This document shows, one piece after another, positions 63,140 through 64,000 of a stretch of DNA of 64,000 nt (positions are counted from its first letter, which is position 1; every line of letters starts with the position of its first letter). This DNA comes from an uncultured Acidobacteriota bacterium (GTDB taxonomy: Bacteria; Acidobacteriota; UBA6911): assembly GCA_963827655.1 (NCBI GenBank), contig CAWHCF010000020.1, forward strand, positions 224,001 through 288,000, written 5' to 3'. The position numbers and the translations under genes were made by a program. The notes under the pieces were generated by a model that saw nothing but the letters and a program-made list of their open reading frames with translations, had not been told where the DNA came from and ran no database searches.

Positions 63140-64000
63140 TTGTTGAGCCGAAGAAAGTTTCTCGCGGGAACGGCCGGTGTTTGGGCTGTGCCCGCCCTGG
63201 GCCAGCAGAAGACTCGACCGAACGAAGTCGCCGAGTTCGGCCCGCAACAATCAGGCGAGGCTCAGCTGCTCGACCCGACGGCGCCGTTCGGGTCCGCCGT
63301 TGGGCAACCGGGATGGCGCGGTCGCGCGCCCGACGATCTGGTCGCCCGCGCGCGCCTGGCGCTGGAAGGGACTCTAACGAACCACATAAGGGATAACGGC
63401 CTCCCTTATTTCGATGTCGTCATCAATTACACCACCGGCGAGGTGGATCTTCCGTCCAAGGTGACTACCTGGGACCACACCTCGCAGACAGGAAGGAGCG
63501 TCAACGCAATCCTCTGCGCCCGGGAAATGACGGAGGATTGGAAGACCGGCGTGGAGAACGAGCGGAAGATCCGCCGCGTGATGCTCGACGACTTCCGCGA
63601 GGACGGCTTCAACTACATGGAAGGCGGCGTGGCCATGATGCACGACCAGAACCGCGCGCTTCTTGGGCTGACCGGTTGGTACCGCCACGCCGAAGGCGAG
63701 CGGGAGCGCCAGATGCTGAAGGGCTACGGCGACAAGCTGGTTGCGGCCTTCATTCGGACGGCTCGCAAGCAGGGAGAAGCGTGGGACATGCCGGGCATGT
63801 TCTATTCTCCCGAGAAGGGCTTTTATGACGCGGCGCGCGCTCCCGGCAAGCATGGCCGCACCATCATGCCGCTCATTGAATATGGCCGGACCACGGGTAA
63901 CTCCGATGCGATCAAGCTGGCGGAGCGATATGCCAACCACGTCCTCAGGGTCAGTGACTCCTTCCGCTTCGATGAGGCGGGCAACTTCAAAGATTTTGGC
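63140..64000 (+). CDS. Tat-signal hypothetical protein, possibly an (alpha/alpha)6 glycosidase-like fold; truncated by the window end
   Basis: Absent from the ORF track (no stop). AGGAGG RBS, TTG 63140, LSRRKFLAG; 287 open codons including GRTIMPLIEYGRTTGNSDAIKLAERY. Confidence 0.7.
   Translation, partial: MLSRRKFLAGTAGVWAVPALGQQKTRPNEVAEFGPQQSGEAQLLDPTAPFGSAVGQPGWRGRAPDDLVARARLALEGTLTNHIRDNGLPYFDVVINYTTGEVDLPSKVTTWDHTSQTGRSVNAILCAREMTEDWKTGVENERKIRRVMLDDFREDGFNYMEGGVAMMHDQNRALLGLTGWYRHAEGERERQMLKGYGDKLVAAFIRTARKQGEAWDMPGMFYSPEKGFYDAARAPGKHGRTIMPLIEYGRTTGNSDAIKLAERYANHVLRVSDSFRFDEAGNFKDFG

Overview
GC-rich bacterial genomic DNA, most likely Acidobacteriota (Oar-like TonB-dependent receptors, CRTAC1/ASPIC+TPR pair, PQQ-like beta-propellers, a Planctomycete-type DUF1501/DUF1549/DUF1553 module); the taxonomy is inferred from gene content. 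About 40 CDSs are present, mostly secreted hydrolases and transporters, plus three type II toxin-antitoxin pairs. I found no rRNA, tRNA, CRISPR array, transposase or integrase. Many genes are split by single-base frameshifts, probably long-read assembly errors. Main observations: (1) a 14-bp palindrome, consensus TGGAACATGTTCCA, occurs upstream of seven transcription units between 31 and 60 kb, suggesting one regulon that links a DUF1501/DUF1549 cluster with a GH172/TonB glycan-uptake locus; (2) a dispersed octamer repeat (CTTCGTGT-type arms ending GTGGT) forms inverted pairs that bracket unrelated genes like cassettes, and one pair encloses about 690 bp of foreign DNA; (3) a CxxC-less redoxin-like domain is repeated four times in three genes around the DUF1501/DUF1549 module; (4) two MITE/REP-like families, heptamer hairpins and several gene remnants. 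All family assignments come from motif recognition, not database searches.
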